Part shown: piece after piece, positions 9,264 to 18,660 of the stretch
Layout: each line of letters begins with the position of its first letter
How positions within the stretch are numbered: position 1 is the stretch's first letter
DNA from: Wolbachia endosymbiont of Cimex lectularius
GTDB lineage: Bacteria > Pseudomonadota > Alphaproteobacteria > Rickettsiales > Anaplasmataceae
NCBI RefSeq assembly: GCF_000829315.1
Contig: NZ_AP013028.1
Span: 1-32,000 of the forward strand
Length of the DNA stretch: 32,000 bases
Direction of reading: 5' to 3'
Made by a program: the position numbers and the translations under genes
The notes under the pieces: model-generated
Told to the model about the DNA's origin: nothing
Database searches by the model: none
The model's input: only the letters and a program-made list of their open reading frames with translations

Positions 9264-11402
9264 ATGAGTAATGGAAATCATCTACGCAACATTCTGATAG
9301 GAGGGGTTGTAGCTTTCAGTGTACTAGAATTTTGCTTCTATTTATCTGGTATATTGTTTTACCTCTTTGTTGATGGTCCAGATGGCGTGGATTTTAAAGC
9401 AATTAACCCTAGCTTGACGCCTTTTCCTCAAGCTCTTTGGCCAACAATTTTTGATCATATACAATATTGTTGGCGTCATCCAGAGTTGTATAGCCTTGAG
9501 CTCAAAATTAAGTTGGTTGTATTTTCTGCGCTGCCTATCGTTGTCTTGATGATTATTTTGTGGAATTTAAGAGAAAGGGTAGTTGAGTGGCGACCATTTA
9601 AAAAGAAAGAATCACTACACGGAGATTCGAAGTGGGCATCAGAAAAAGACATAAGAAAAGCCGGGTTAAGAAGCAAAAAAGGGTTATTGCTTGGTAAAGA
9701 TAAAAGGGGCTACTTTATTGCTGAAGGGTTTCAACATGCATTGCTGTTTGCTCCTACAGGTTCGGGTAAAGGTGTTGGCTTTGTAATTCCTAATTTATTA
9801 TTTTGGACTGACTCGGTAATTGTACACGACATAAAATTAGAAAACTATGAAATAACAAGTGGTTGGCGAGAACGGCAGAAGCAAAAGGTATATGTGTGGA
9901 ATCCAGCACAGCCAGATGGAATAAGCCACTGTTATAATCCGCTACAATGGATTAGTGAAAAACCTGGACAGATGGTTGATGATGTGCAGAAAATAGCTAA
10001 CCTAATCATGCCTGAACAAGACTTTTGGCAAAATGAAGCAAGAAGCTTGTTTGTTGGAGTAGTATTGTACTTACTTGCTACACCGGAGAAAGTTAAATCT
10101 TTTGGTGAAGTTGTGCGCACGATGCGTAGTGATGACGTGGTTTATAATCTCGCTGTTGCTCTTGATACAATGGGTAAAATAATACACCCTGTGGCATACA
10201 TGAACATTGCGGCTTTCTTGCAAAAAGCTGAGAAAGAAAGGTCAGGTGTCGTATCAACTATGAACTCATCACTTGAATTGTGGGCAAACCCATTGATTGA
10301 TACTGCAACGGCGACAAGTGATTTTAATATTTTAGATTTTAAAAAGAAGAAAACTACAGTTTATGTCGGCTTAACTCCTGATAACTTAACTAGATTAAGA
10401 CCTTTAATGCAGGTTTTCTACCAGCAAGCAACTGAGTTTTTGTGTAGAAAATTGCCATCGGATGATGAGCCTTATGGTGTATTGTTTTTGATGGACGAGT
10501 TTCCAACACTTGGAAAAATGGAGCAATTTCAAACTGGCATTGCATATTTTCGTGGTTACAGAGTTAGATTGTTCTTAATTGTTCAAGATACTGAACAGCT
10601 CAAAGGAATATACGAAGAAGCAGGGATGAACTCCTTTTTATCAAACTCAACATACAGGATAACTTTTGCAGCTAATAACATTGAGACGGCTAATTTAATA
10701 TCGCAGCTGATAGGAAACAAAACTGTGCAACAAGAATCGTTGAATAAACCTAAATTTTTAGATTTGAATCCTGCTTCAAGATCGTTGCATATTTCTGAGA
10801 CACAGAGAGCGTTGCTGCTGCCTCAAGAAATTATTATGTTGCCACGTGATGAGCAGATAATTTTAATAGAGTCGACTTATCCAATTAAATCAAAGAAGAT
10901 TTTGTACTACAGTGATAGCACCTTTACGAGGAAGCTGCACAAATCAACTTTTGTGCCTACACAAGAGCCATATGATCCAAATAAAGTTTTTTCTGCTACT
11001 AACGAAGATAAAATTAGTAAAGAAGAAAATAATGCTATCGCAGGGCCTAGTACTGCTGATTATCCTGTTGAAACTCAAACCGAAGATGCAATATATGATG
11101 AATCAGAGATTAACGATGAGCTTAAAGAGGAAGATCTTGATGATGAATATGTTGACGACAAGTTTGAAGATGAAGAAGATGACGGGTTTGATGATGAAGA
11201 GGATGAATTTGAAAGTGGTGATGAATTTAAAGAAGAAAGAGACGATGACGGGTTTGACGACGAAGAGGATGAATTTGAAGGTGGTGATAAATTTAAAGAG
11301 GAAAGAGACGATGATGGGTTTGATGACGAAGAGGATGAATTTGATGATGAAGATATTGACGACGAATTAAAAAATGACAACAAAGCCGAAGATAAAGGTT
11401 AA
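9264..11402 (+). CDS. virD4: Type IV secretion system coupling protein VirD4 with acidic tandem-repeat C-terminus
   Basis: 712 aa; N-terminal TM segments, Walker A LLFAPTGSGKGVGFVIP, Walker B VLFLMDEFPTLG; strongly Asp/Glu-rich tail. Confidence 0.95.
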   Translation: MSNGNHLRNILIGGVVAFSVLEFCFYLSGILFYLFVDGPDGVDFKAINPSLTPFPQALWPTIFDHIQYCWRHPELYSLELKIKLVVFSALPIVVLMIILWNLRERVVEWRPFKKKESLHGDSKWASEKDIRKAGLRSKKGLLLGKDKRGYFIAEGFQHALLFAPTGSGKGVGFVIPNLLFWTDSVIVHDIKLENYEITSGWRERQKQKVYVWNPAQPDGISHCYNPLQWISEKPGQMVDDVQKIANLIMPEQDFWQNEARSLFVGVVLYLLATPEKVKSFGEVVRTMRSDDVVYNLAVALDTMGKIIHPVAYMNIAAFLQKAEKERSGVVSTMNSSLELWANPLIDTATATSDFNILDFKKKKTTVYVGLTPDNLTRLRPLMQVFYQQATEFLCRKLPSDDEPYGVLFLMDEFPTLGKMEQFQTGIAYFRGYRVRLFLIVQDTEQLKGIYEEAGMNSFLSNSTYRITFAANNIETANLISQLIGNKTVQQESLNKPKFLDLNPASRSLHISETQRALLLPQEIIMLPRDEQIILIESTYPIKSKKILYYSDSTFTRKLHKSTFVPTQEPYDPNKVFSATNEDKISKEENNAIAGPSTADYPVETQTEDAIYDESEINDELKEEDLDDEYVDDKFEDEEDDGFDDEEDEFESGDEFKEERDDDGFDDEEDEFEGGDKFKEERDDDGFDDEEDEFDDEDIDDELKNDNKAEDKG
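11178..11343 (+). repeat. In-frame 66-bp tandem repeat in the virD4 3' end (2.5 copies)
   Basis: Unit encodes DDGFDDEEDEFE[S/G]GD[E/K]FKEERD. Copies at 11178..11243 and 11244..11309, partial copy 11310..11343. Confidence 0.92.
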
Positions 11403-11519
11403 TTTTGCCTATTTTTTTGGCTCAGAAAACAAGTTATGCAAATCATTAAGCTTTTCACATTAAGCCATTTTTAATTAATTAGTATTAAATTATCTACTTT
11501 AAGTTAGGGGAGTAGTAAA

Positions 11520-12376
11520 ATGAGTAATAAAAAAACATTAGCAGTTATAGCATTTACTTTATTATTGTCACAACAGTCTTTTGCAAGCGAAACGGAAGGA
11601 TTTTACTTCGGTGGTGGATATCACGGCCAATTTTTAATAGCATAGGTTCACTGAAAGTCGAAGCGGCTAAAGGAAGTAAACATGTGACTGTGGACGAAAT
11701 GTACGTTCCGGACAAGATAAAAGGTCAAAAACCAAGTGAATACAAGGGAGACTATAATCCACCTTTTGCTGGAGGTGTAGTGTTTGGTTATGAAGGAGAA
11801 TTGGGTAACAATAGCTATAGAGCTGAATTGGAAGGAATGTATTCTTCTATAAAAGCGGATAATGTTGGATTAGAAGGCAACCAAATGAGTGTATCGTATC
11901 TCAAAGAAATTAGTGGAAAAAAATATATATATGATACTAAAGTAGATAATGACCAAATTGAAAACATGTCTGTAATGGCCAATGCCTACTATCATTTGAA
12001 GAATGATAGTTTCTCCTTTTCTCCTTATGTTGGGGCTGGAGTCGGTTTAACAAGGATGAGGATATTTGGAGAGGCGTCAATAAAACCTGCATATCAATTA
12101 AAAGCTGGTCTTGATTATTCCATAAATGAAAGTGTAAATATGCATGTTGGATATAGACATTTTGGTGCCTTTGGTACGAGTCATGAGCTAAAGGCAGATT
12201 TGTTGGGAAAAGTGAAACCCGGTACTTCAGGAGCAAAATCGACATTGGATGACAGTGTTAAAAACAGTCCACCAGACGGAGTTGCAAAACAGGAAAATAT
12301 AAATATAGGCAGTGGATTATTTGCTACACACGGTATAGAGGCTGGTCTTACTTTCCATTTTGCTAGCAAATCTTAA
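11520..12376 (+). pseudogene. wspB: wspB, outer membrane protein of the WSP family, interrupted by a single-base frameshift
   Basis: 5' part MSNKKTLAVIAFTLLLSQQSFASETEGFYFGGGYHGQFLIA* stops at 11645. The frame resumes as NSIGSLKVEAAKGSKHVTVDEMYVPDKIKG... and continues to 12376 with beta-barrel features. Position right after virD4 matches the known Wolbachia arrangement. Confidence 0.85.
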
Positions 12377-12460
12377 GGCATGTTGTTCTTTGAAGAAAAT
12401 AGGCCTTTTGGTGTCGTTCCAGCGTGTAACGCTGGAATTCAGGAGAAAAAGAAGCATGGA

Positions 12461-12511
12461 TCCCAATGGACTTTGTTGCATAGCTAGCTACGCAACAAAG
12501 CCAACTGGGAT
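12461..12511. repeat. Large hairpin/palindromic element
   Basis: CTTTGTTGCaTAGCTAGCTAcGCAACAAAG (12471..12500) is a 30-nt palindrome with one mismatched pair, flanked by ATCCCA...TGGGAT arms. Confidence 0.8.
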
Positions 12512-12537
12512 GTTACTTTAGCAATAAATATTTAAGA

Positions 12538-12942
12538 AATTTACCAAATAAAAAAAAAGCAAAAGAATCCCCGTGGCGGCTAGTTATTTACTTTTGTGTC
12601 GAAATGTTGGCGTTTCTTTATCCTAAACGCTTAATAAGTGCGACTTAGCTGCTTTTTAAGGCAACTAACCTTAGCCATAAACATTTAAGAAATTCACTAA
12701 GCAGAAAAACAGGCAAAGAAACCCCGAGTAGCTAGTTATTCACTCTATCTTATAACATTGGCGTTTTTGATGTCTTAAACGACTTATAAGCGCGTTTGAG
12801 CTTGTATAGGTAAAAAACCAGAAGTTTTAAAAAGACATACGGTGCACATAGTGCAAAAAATTAAATATGAGACGCCAAATATGCTAAGTTTTTTTGTCAT
12901 TTAATCTGCACAGACTGAAGATAAATAATAGCTTCAACCTTA
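12538..12942 (-). repeat. Dispersed repeat unit R2, promoter side missing at an IS junction
   Basis: Reverse complement of the R1 body (aaaaagcaaaagaatccccgtggcggctagttattt...; gacttataagcgcgtttgagcttgtataggtaaaaaacc; gcacatagtgcaaaaaattaaa). It stops at ...gcttcaacctta where the IS begins. Confidence 0.75.
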
Positions 12943-13802
12943 GAACCTGTTTAAAATCTTGGAAATGTGAGGTAAAGTAAGCATAGATTAATAATGAGGT
13001 GTCTATGCAGAAAAGTTATCCAAGTAATATAAGTCAAGAGCAGTTTGAAAAAATCAGGCCAATTTTGGAGAGTAGCAAGCAGAAAACAAAACCAAGAAAA
13101 CTTGATTTGTATGACGTATTTTGTGGGGTGTTGTACGTCTTAAAAAGTGGTTGTCAGTGGAGGATGTTACCAAAGGGTTTTCCAAGATGGGAAAGCGTAT
13201 ATTACTATTTTCGAGTGTGGAGTAAAAAGAATGGAGAAGAGCCAAGCTTGTTGGAATTAGTCTTAAAAAAAATTAGTTGGAGAGGTCCGTATCAGCAATG
13301 GTCGGAAAGAGAAAACTAGCTTTTGTATAATTGATTCTCAAAGCGTTAAAAACGCAGATACTGCTGAAAAAAAAGGCTATGATGCAGGTAAAAAGATTTC
13401 AGGGATAAAGCGCCATATTGCAGTTGATACACAAGGTTTGCCACATGCAATTTATGTAACAACGGCAGAAGCAACTGACCGTAGCAGTGCTGTGAAAATG
13501 GTCGAAAATGCTAAAGCAAACCTCTCTGAAGTTAAAAACATACTGGTTGATGCTGGCTACACAGGAGAAAATTTTGCAACACAAATAAAAGCTATCATTG
13601 GTGCGACTGTTGAAGTAATAAAGCGAAGTGAGTTACACACTTTCGTCGTATTGCCAAAAAGATGGGTTGTTGAACGCTCTTTTGCCTGGTTAGAAAAGTG
13701 CAGGCGATTGTGGAAAAATTGCGAGCGGAAGCTCAACACTAGCTTACAGATGATAGTCCTCTCCTTCATTTCTCTCCTGTTACGAAGATTTTAAACAGGT
13801 TC
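12943..13802 (+). mobile_element. IS5-family insertion sequence, copy 1 (860 bp)
   Basis: 18-bp perfect terminal inverted repeats GAACCTGTTTAAAATCTT and flanking TTA direct repeats (12940..12942, 13803..13805), fitting the TNA targets of IS1031/ISL2-like IS5 members. Contains two transposase reading frames. Confidence 0.9.
13005..13794 (+). CDS. IS5-family transposase encoded in two frames (ORF A 13005..13319, ORF B open 13267..13794)
   Basis: ORF A: LDLYDVFCGVLYVLKSGCQWRMLPKGFP. ORF B: NGRKEKTSFCIIDSQSVKNADTAEKKGYDAGKKISGIKRHIAVDTQG...DAGYTGENF...VVERSFAWLEKCRRL (DDE signatures). Confidence 0.88.
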
Positions 13803-13874
13803 TTATGTATAAAATAATTCTATTGTATATATGCTGGAAATTTTTGCATTAGAAAATTTTTTTGTTACCTAAAA

Positions 13875-16355
13875 TTAAACTGTTTTTTTTACTTTGTGTA
13901 GTACACTTTGCACTTTGTTTCCCAATTCATTTAGGGTGAATGGCTTTGGTAAAAAGTGGAAATCTTCCACATTAATGGTGTCATTCTTCAAAAACGCATC
14001 TTCCGCATATCCAGAAATAAAAATGACATTGATACCTGGTCTGTGAATTAAGGCTTCTTTGACTATCTCTGGACCGCTAACTTCTGGCATAATCACATCA
14101 GTGACTATTAGATCTATGTGTAAACTTTTTTCGCTTATCATTTCTAATGCCTTGTTGCCTGTGCTAGCTTCTATTACATCAAACCCTTTTCTTTGTAATG
14201 CTTTAGTAGTGAATTCTCTTACTGAATCTTCATCTTCGATCAATAAGATTGTACCATTGCTTCTAACTTCATTTACTACTGGTTTCTCTATTTCTTCGCT
14301 GCTTTCCTCTCTATGATTTTCATCTGATATGTAAACCATAGGCAAAAATATACTAAATTTAGTCCCGTGATTTATCTCACTAGCAACATAGATATACCCT
14401 TCAGTTTGTTTAATAATACCATATACAGTGGAGAGACCAAGACCTGTACCAGAGGTAATATCTTTAGTAGAAAAGAATGGGTAAAATACTTTTTGAATTG
14501 TATCATGCGTCATTCCACATCCTGTATCAACTACTTCAATTACAACATAATTTCCATGTTCAATCGCTTCTTTGTCTGGAGAAAACATATTCTTAGGTGT
14601 AGAATTTAATGAATTGATCTTTTTATTAAAAGTTCGTATGGTTAGTTCTCCACCCTTTTCCATGGCAGCACTAGCATTTATTACTAAGTTAAGTATAACT
14701 TGCTCTAATTGTCCTTGATCAGCCCTCACCATACCTAAACCCCTACCGTAATAAGCAGTGAATTTTATATTCTCGCCTATTAATCTCTTTATCATTTCAT
14801 AAAGATTAGTTATCGCACTGTTTACATCAATAATTTTTGGTTGCATTGTCTGCCTTCTTGAAAAAGCAAGCAACTGCTTAACTAAATTTGATCCACGTTT
14901 AGCATTTTGCTGTATTTGTATTATATTTCCAAAAGATGGATCACTAGCTGAGTGCTGAAGCAAAAGCAAATCACAAAATCCTATTATTCCGGTTAGTATA
15001 TTGTTAAAATCATGCGCAATACCACCTGCGAGCTGTCCTATAGCTTGCATTTTTTGGTAATGCTCAAGTTTTATCTCCAGATTTTTATGCTCAGTGTTAT
15101 CGACAAAATAGCAGAGTATGAACATCGTTCTATTATGAAGAAACTTATTGAAATATATCTTCGTATTATTGTTGTTGCTGAGCTGCACATCAAAGGATAT
15201 GTTATTTATTCTATTACTAGAAAAATACTCACGTATTTTCATATGATAGTCGTCTGATGTCAGTGTAAAGATCGAATTGTTATCTGGTCCTGCAAGCTTT
15301 ATTAGCGCTGTATTTTTTTTTATAAAGTTACCGTTTACATTGCACTGTGCAATAGCGATTGATGAATTTGTAAAACATGGGTGTAATTGATAATCAATAA
15401 CGTTTGATTCAACTGGCGTAATAAAGCCATATATATAGTTATGATGGTGTTTATCATAAAACATAGCAGCACTCATATAAGCCTTAAATGGAATACCACT
15501 TACGGTACAAAATAAAACTTCATTATCAGCTGCTGTATTATTATACTTAGATTGAAATACAAAGTCATTGATTGAACTGCCTCTTTCAAGTTTTTTCAGT
15601 TCAAATATGTTTAAAAACCTTTGATTTACAGATAAAATCATCCCTTTAGCATTTGCAATGTAAGTTCCTATATTATGCTTTTCTATTAATTCTTCGTATA
15701 CCTGCTCTTTGTTCATCTGTGTTGCTTTTAACACAAAATACCCATGTGGTCTTGCTATTGGTGCTAGTGATAAATTTAGAGCCTTATTACTACTTATAAC
15801 AACTTGGGGATTATCTGGTACTGGTTCAAAAAGCAAAAGAAAATTAGATATTTTATCTTTCTTGTTTAAGGCAATGCATACCTGTACAGAAGAGTTATTT
15901 TTTAGCGCATGGTATAGCGCCTTCTTGTCTTTCTCTGAAATATTCCCTATTTCAAGAATCTTGTCTAATGTACCGTCATTATCTATGTGATCTTTGAATC
16001 TTTCGTAGAACCTTGCGTCAGCATAAACAATACCCTCATCTCTGTGTAAAATAAGACAAAATTCTGTATTGTGATTTAGTGCATTTGCAAATATTGCATT
16101 TTGAAATTCTACGATATTAAGTAGATATCTATAGCGTTTTACATGATATACTATAAATAGAGTCATTAAAGTGCTAACTAGCAGGTTAATCTCTATATTA
16201 GTATGCTGGTCATATATATCAAAAAAGTAGAGTGTTGATATTACTACTGGAGGTAAAAACATAATGACTGCCATAGCGATAATTGACATTCCATGATTTC
16301 TCAATATGAAGTCAACTCTGTTCTCTTTCTTGCTGTCTATGTATCTTTTACTCAT
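13875..16355 (-). CDS. cckA: Hybrid sensor histidine kinase/response regulator, CckA-like
   Basis: 826 aa; two N-terminal TM segments, PAS-like region, HisKA AGGIAHDFNNILTGI, HATPase VILNLVINASAAM / DTGCGMTHD / GTGLGLSTVYGI, and C-terminal receiver domain LIEDEDSVREF...LIVTDVIMP. Confidence 0.9.
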   Translation of the reverse strand: MSKRYIDSKKENRVDFILRNHGMSIIAMAVIMFLPPVVISTLYFFDIYDQHTNIEINLLVSTLMTLFIVYHVKRYRYLLNIVEFQNAIFANALNHNTEFCLILHRDEGIVYADARFYERFKDHIDNDGTLDKILEIGNISEKDKKALYHALKNNSSVQVCIALNKKDKISNFLLLFEPVPDNPQVVISSNKALNLSLAPIARPHGYFVLKATQMNKEQVYEELIEKHNIGTYIANAKGMILSVNQRFLNIFELKKLERGSSINDFVFQSKYNNTAADNEVLFCTVSGIPFKAYMSAAMFYDKHHHNYIYGFITPVESNVIDYQLHPCFTNSSIAIAQCNVNGNFIKKNTALIKLAGPDNNSIFTLTSDDYHMKIREYFSSNRINNISFDVQLSNNNNTKIYFNKFLHNRTMFILCYFVDNTEHKNLEIKLEHYQKMQAIGQLAGGIAHDFNNILTGIIGFCDLLLLQHSASDPSFGNIIQIQQNAKRGSNLVKQLLAFSRRQTMQPKIIDVNSAITNLYEMIKRLIGENIKFTAYYGRGLGMVRADQGQLEQVILNLVINASAAMEKGGELTIRTFNKKINSLNSTPKNMFSPDKEAIEHGNYVVIEVVDTGCGMTHDTIQKVFYPFFSTKDITSGTGLGLSTVYGIIKQTEGYIYVASEINHGTKFSIFLPMVYISDENHREESSEEIEKPVVNEVRSNGTILLIEDEDSVREFTTKALQRKGFDVIEASTGNKALEMISEKSLHIDLIVTDVIMPEVSGPEIVKEALIHRPGINVIFISGYAEDAFLKNDTINVEDFHFLPKPFTLNELGNKVQSVLHKVKKTV

Positions 16356-16469
16356 TGTGCATATAAAAATGTTTTATTATATTTATTTAATTATTATCGA
16401 ATTATTAACATCTTTGATAAGTAATTACCACTTAAATCTCTCGAATATTGGTACTGTTGACAAGACATT

Positions 16470-17294
16470 ATGAACGAACAAAAAATGCAAGCTTTTGAAT
16501 GGTTCTGTGCACTGAGAAATAAAATTGTAGAGTCTTTTTTGTCAGTTGAAGAACAGTCATCCACAGATCCAAAGATTGAAAAAAGAAAATGGGATTGTCC
16601 AGGTGGTGGAGGTGGCGAATCTACAATTATTTATGGTAATGTTTTTGAAAAAATAGGGGTAAATGTTTCAAAAGTACATGGAAGATTCGCAGATTCAATT
16701 ATAAATGAAATCCCTGGTGCAAGCGAGAGCGATGGGGAATTTTGGGCAAGTGGCATATCTTTAGTGTCTCACATGCAATCTCCTCTGATTCCTGCAGCAC
16801 ATATGAACACAAGGCTGATGTATACATCGAAACAATGGTTCGGTGGAGGAATGGACTTTACTCCAATATATAAAAATGAAGAAGATTATAAGTATATTCA
16901 TGAATCAATCAAGGCAACATGTGATGAATTTGATACTGAGTATTATCCAAAATTTAAGGAGCAATGTGACAGCTACTTTTTCTTACAGCACAGGAAAGAA
17001 CCACGTGGAATTGGTGGAATTTTCTATGATAATCTGAATTCTGGCAACTGGGAAAGTGACTTCAAATTTACAAAAGCAGTGGGCGAAACCTTCTTGGGAA
17101 TCTATTTGCATATAATACGTCAACATATGCAAAAGCCTTGGACGAAAAAGCAGCGAGAGACCCAATTAATAAAGCGTGGCAGGTACGTAGAATTCAATCT
17201 GTTATATGACCGTGGTACAAGATTTGGTTTAATGACGGGTGGTAATCCAGATGCAATTATGATGTCAATGCCGCCTCTTGTTAAGTGGTTGTAG
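16470..17294 (+). CDS. hemF: Oxygen-dependent coproporphyrinogen III oxidase (possibly C-terminally shortened)
   Basis: 274 aa; GGGGESTIIYGNVFEKIGVNVS, WFGGGMDFTP, RGIGGIFYDNL, YVEFNLLYDRGTRFGLMTGGNPDAIMMSMPPLVKW. Confidence 0.93.
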   Translation: MNEQKMQAFEWFCALRNKIVESFLSVEEQSSTDPKIEKRKWDCPGGGGGESTIIYGNVFEKIGVNVSKVHGRFADSIINEIPGASESDGEFWASGISLVSHMQSPLIPAAHMNTRLMYTSKQWFGGGMDFTPIYKNEEDYKYIHESIKATCDEFDTEYYPKFKEQCDSYFFLQHRKEPRGIGGIFYDNLNSGNWESDFKFTKAVGETFLGIYLHIIRQHMQKPWTKKQRETQLIKRGRYVEFNLLYDRGTRFGLMTGGNPDAIMMSMPPLVKWL

Positions 17295-17341
17295 AGCCTA
17301 AATGCATGAACATTGTGATTTGAAAACAGGGAGAACGGAGC

Positions 17342-17733
17342 TAAAAAACTACTTGACAAATTTCTCCAACCCCTTATAATGATACTGAAGCTATTCATTT
17401 AACTTCGCAATCTGCAGATTAAAATGACAAAGGAAACTTTGTATTTGGCGTCTCATGTCTTTATAAAAACTTCTGGTTTTTACCTGTACAAGCTGAAACG
17501 CGCTTATAAGTCGTTTAAGACAGTATAGAACGTCAAATAGAACAAGGGAGAATTTGAATACTAGCTGCTCTGGGTTTCTTTTGCCTTTTTTTTCTGCTTG
17601 GTAAATTTTTTAATATTTAAACTAAGGTCTGTTGCAGTTTAAAAGTCGCTAAACTGCAGCGTTTAAGACTTAAAAAAACGCCAATACTGAAAATAAGTAC
17701 TGACCAGGGCTTCTTTTGTCTTTAATTTGTCCT
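17342..17733 (+). repeat. Dispersed repeat unit R3 with embedded promoter
   Basis: aaaaaactacTTGACA (17353..17358)-N16-TATAAT (17375..17380). The body contains cctgtacaagctgaaacgcgcttataagtcgttt, and it ends in ctgggtttcttttgcctttttt and a second ...agggcttcttttg block. Confidence 0.75.
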
Positions 17734-17872
17734 ATTACCATTGAGATTTAGTATAAGCAAATCAAATATAGATCTGTTAACTTTCTACAAAACTAACAAA
17801 ACCCAAATATTAATGCTTGCTTAAAACCACTTAACTAATTATAATAGCTTTTGAGACTTTAGGTACAGTAAA

Positions 17873-18655
17873 ATGACCGCTTTTGTTCCTTTGGTTGTTT
17901 TTTTAATCTTGTACATTGGAGGCGGTGTTTATTTTTCTTTGATTGGAACTGACAATCCATTTAATCAAATTTCACCAGTAATTTGTCTACTACCAGCACT
18001 ATTTTTAGCTGTTTCATGCAGTACGGATAAAATTCAGCATAATATCAATACTGCTGTAGAGGGTATGGGTAGAAAAACCGTTCTTGTTATATGCTTGATT
18101 TTTTTGTTTTCTGGAGCATTTTCTGCTGTTGCCAAGTCAATTGGTAGCGTAGACGTGGCCACTGACTTAGTTGTTAATTTCTTTCCAGCAAGGTTACTAC
18201 TACCTGGGATGTTTTTGGCCTCTGCTTTTATCTCAACTGCAATTGGTACATTTATGGGAGTTGTCGCATTAATAGTGCCTATAGCTGTTAATCTAGCGCA
18301 AAATGGAGCTTTCGGTCTTGAAGTAGGAACTGCAACTGTGGTAGTCGGTGCTATGTTTGGCGACAACCTTTCAATGATATCCGCTCCGACTATTGCAGCT
18401 ATCTCGTTACAAGGATCTTCAGCAATAGATAGACTTAAAGCGAATTATAAGGTTGCATTCGTTGCAGGCGCTATAACATTCACTTATCTAGCGATCATTT
18501 CAAATAGTCCAGGAGTTATTCATGTATCAAGTTTAGATTATTATTCCATAATAAAGGTTATTCCTTACATTTCTTTAATAATCATGGGTTTATTTGAAGT
18601 AAACGTTCTAATAGTACTAGCCACCAACAATGCTGATAAGCCTAGTACTCAATAG
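17873..18655 (+). pseudogene. Na+/H+ antiporter, NhaC-type, apparently C-terminally truncated
   Basis: 260 aa; FSGAFSAVAKSIGSVDVA, IGTFMGVVALIVPIAVNLA and GAMFGDNLSMISAPTIAA are typical of PF03553-type antiporters. The protein ends after GLFEVNVLIVLAT, where family members normally continue with more TM helices. Confidence 0.6.
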
Positions 18656-18660
18656 CTTCA

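Noticed and set aside
10912-11383. 152-aa plus-strand and 102-aa minus-strand ORFs (Met/Lys-rich; Ser/Asn-rich) over the virD4 3' end
   Set aside because: These are alternate-frame readings of the acidic GAT/GAA tandem repeats. The virD4 frame fully explains the sequence.
13054-13769. Antisense ORFs inside the IS elements (also 26324..27039)
   Set aside because: They mirror the transposase reading frames and appear in both copies only because the IS sequence is duplicated.
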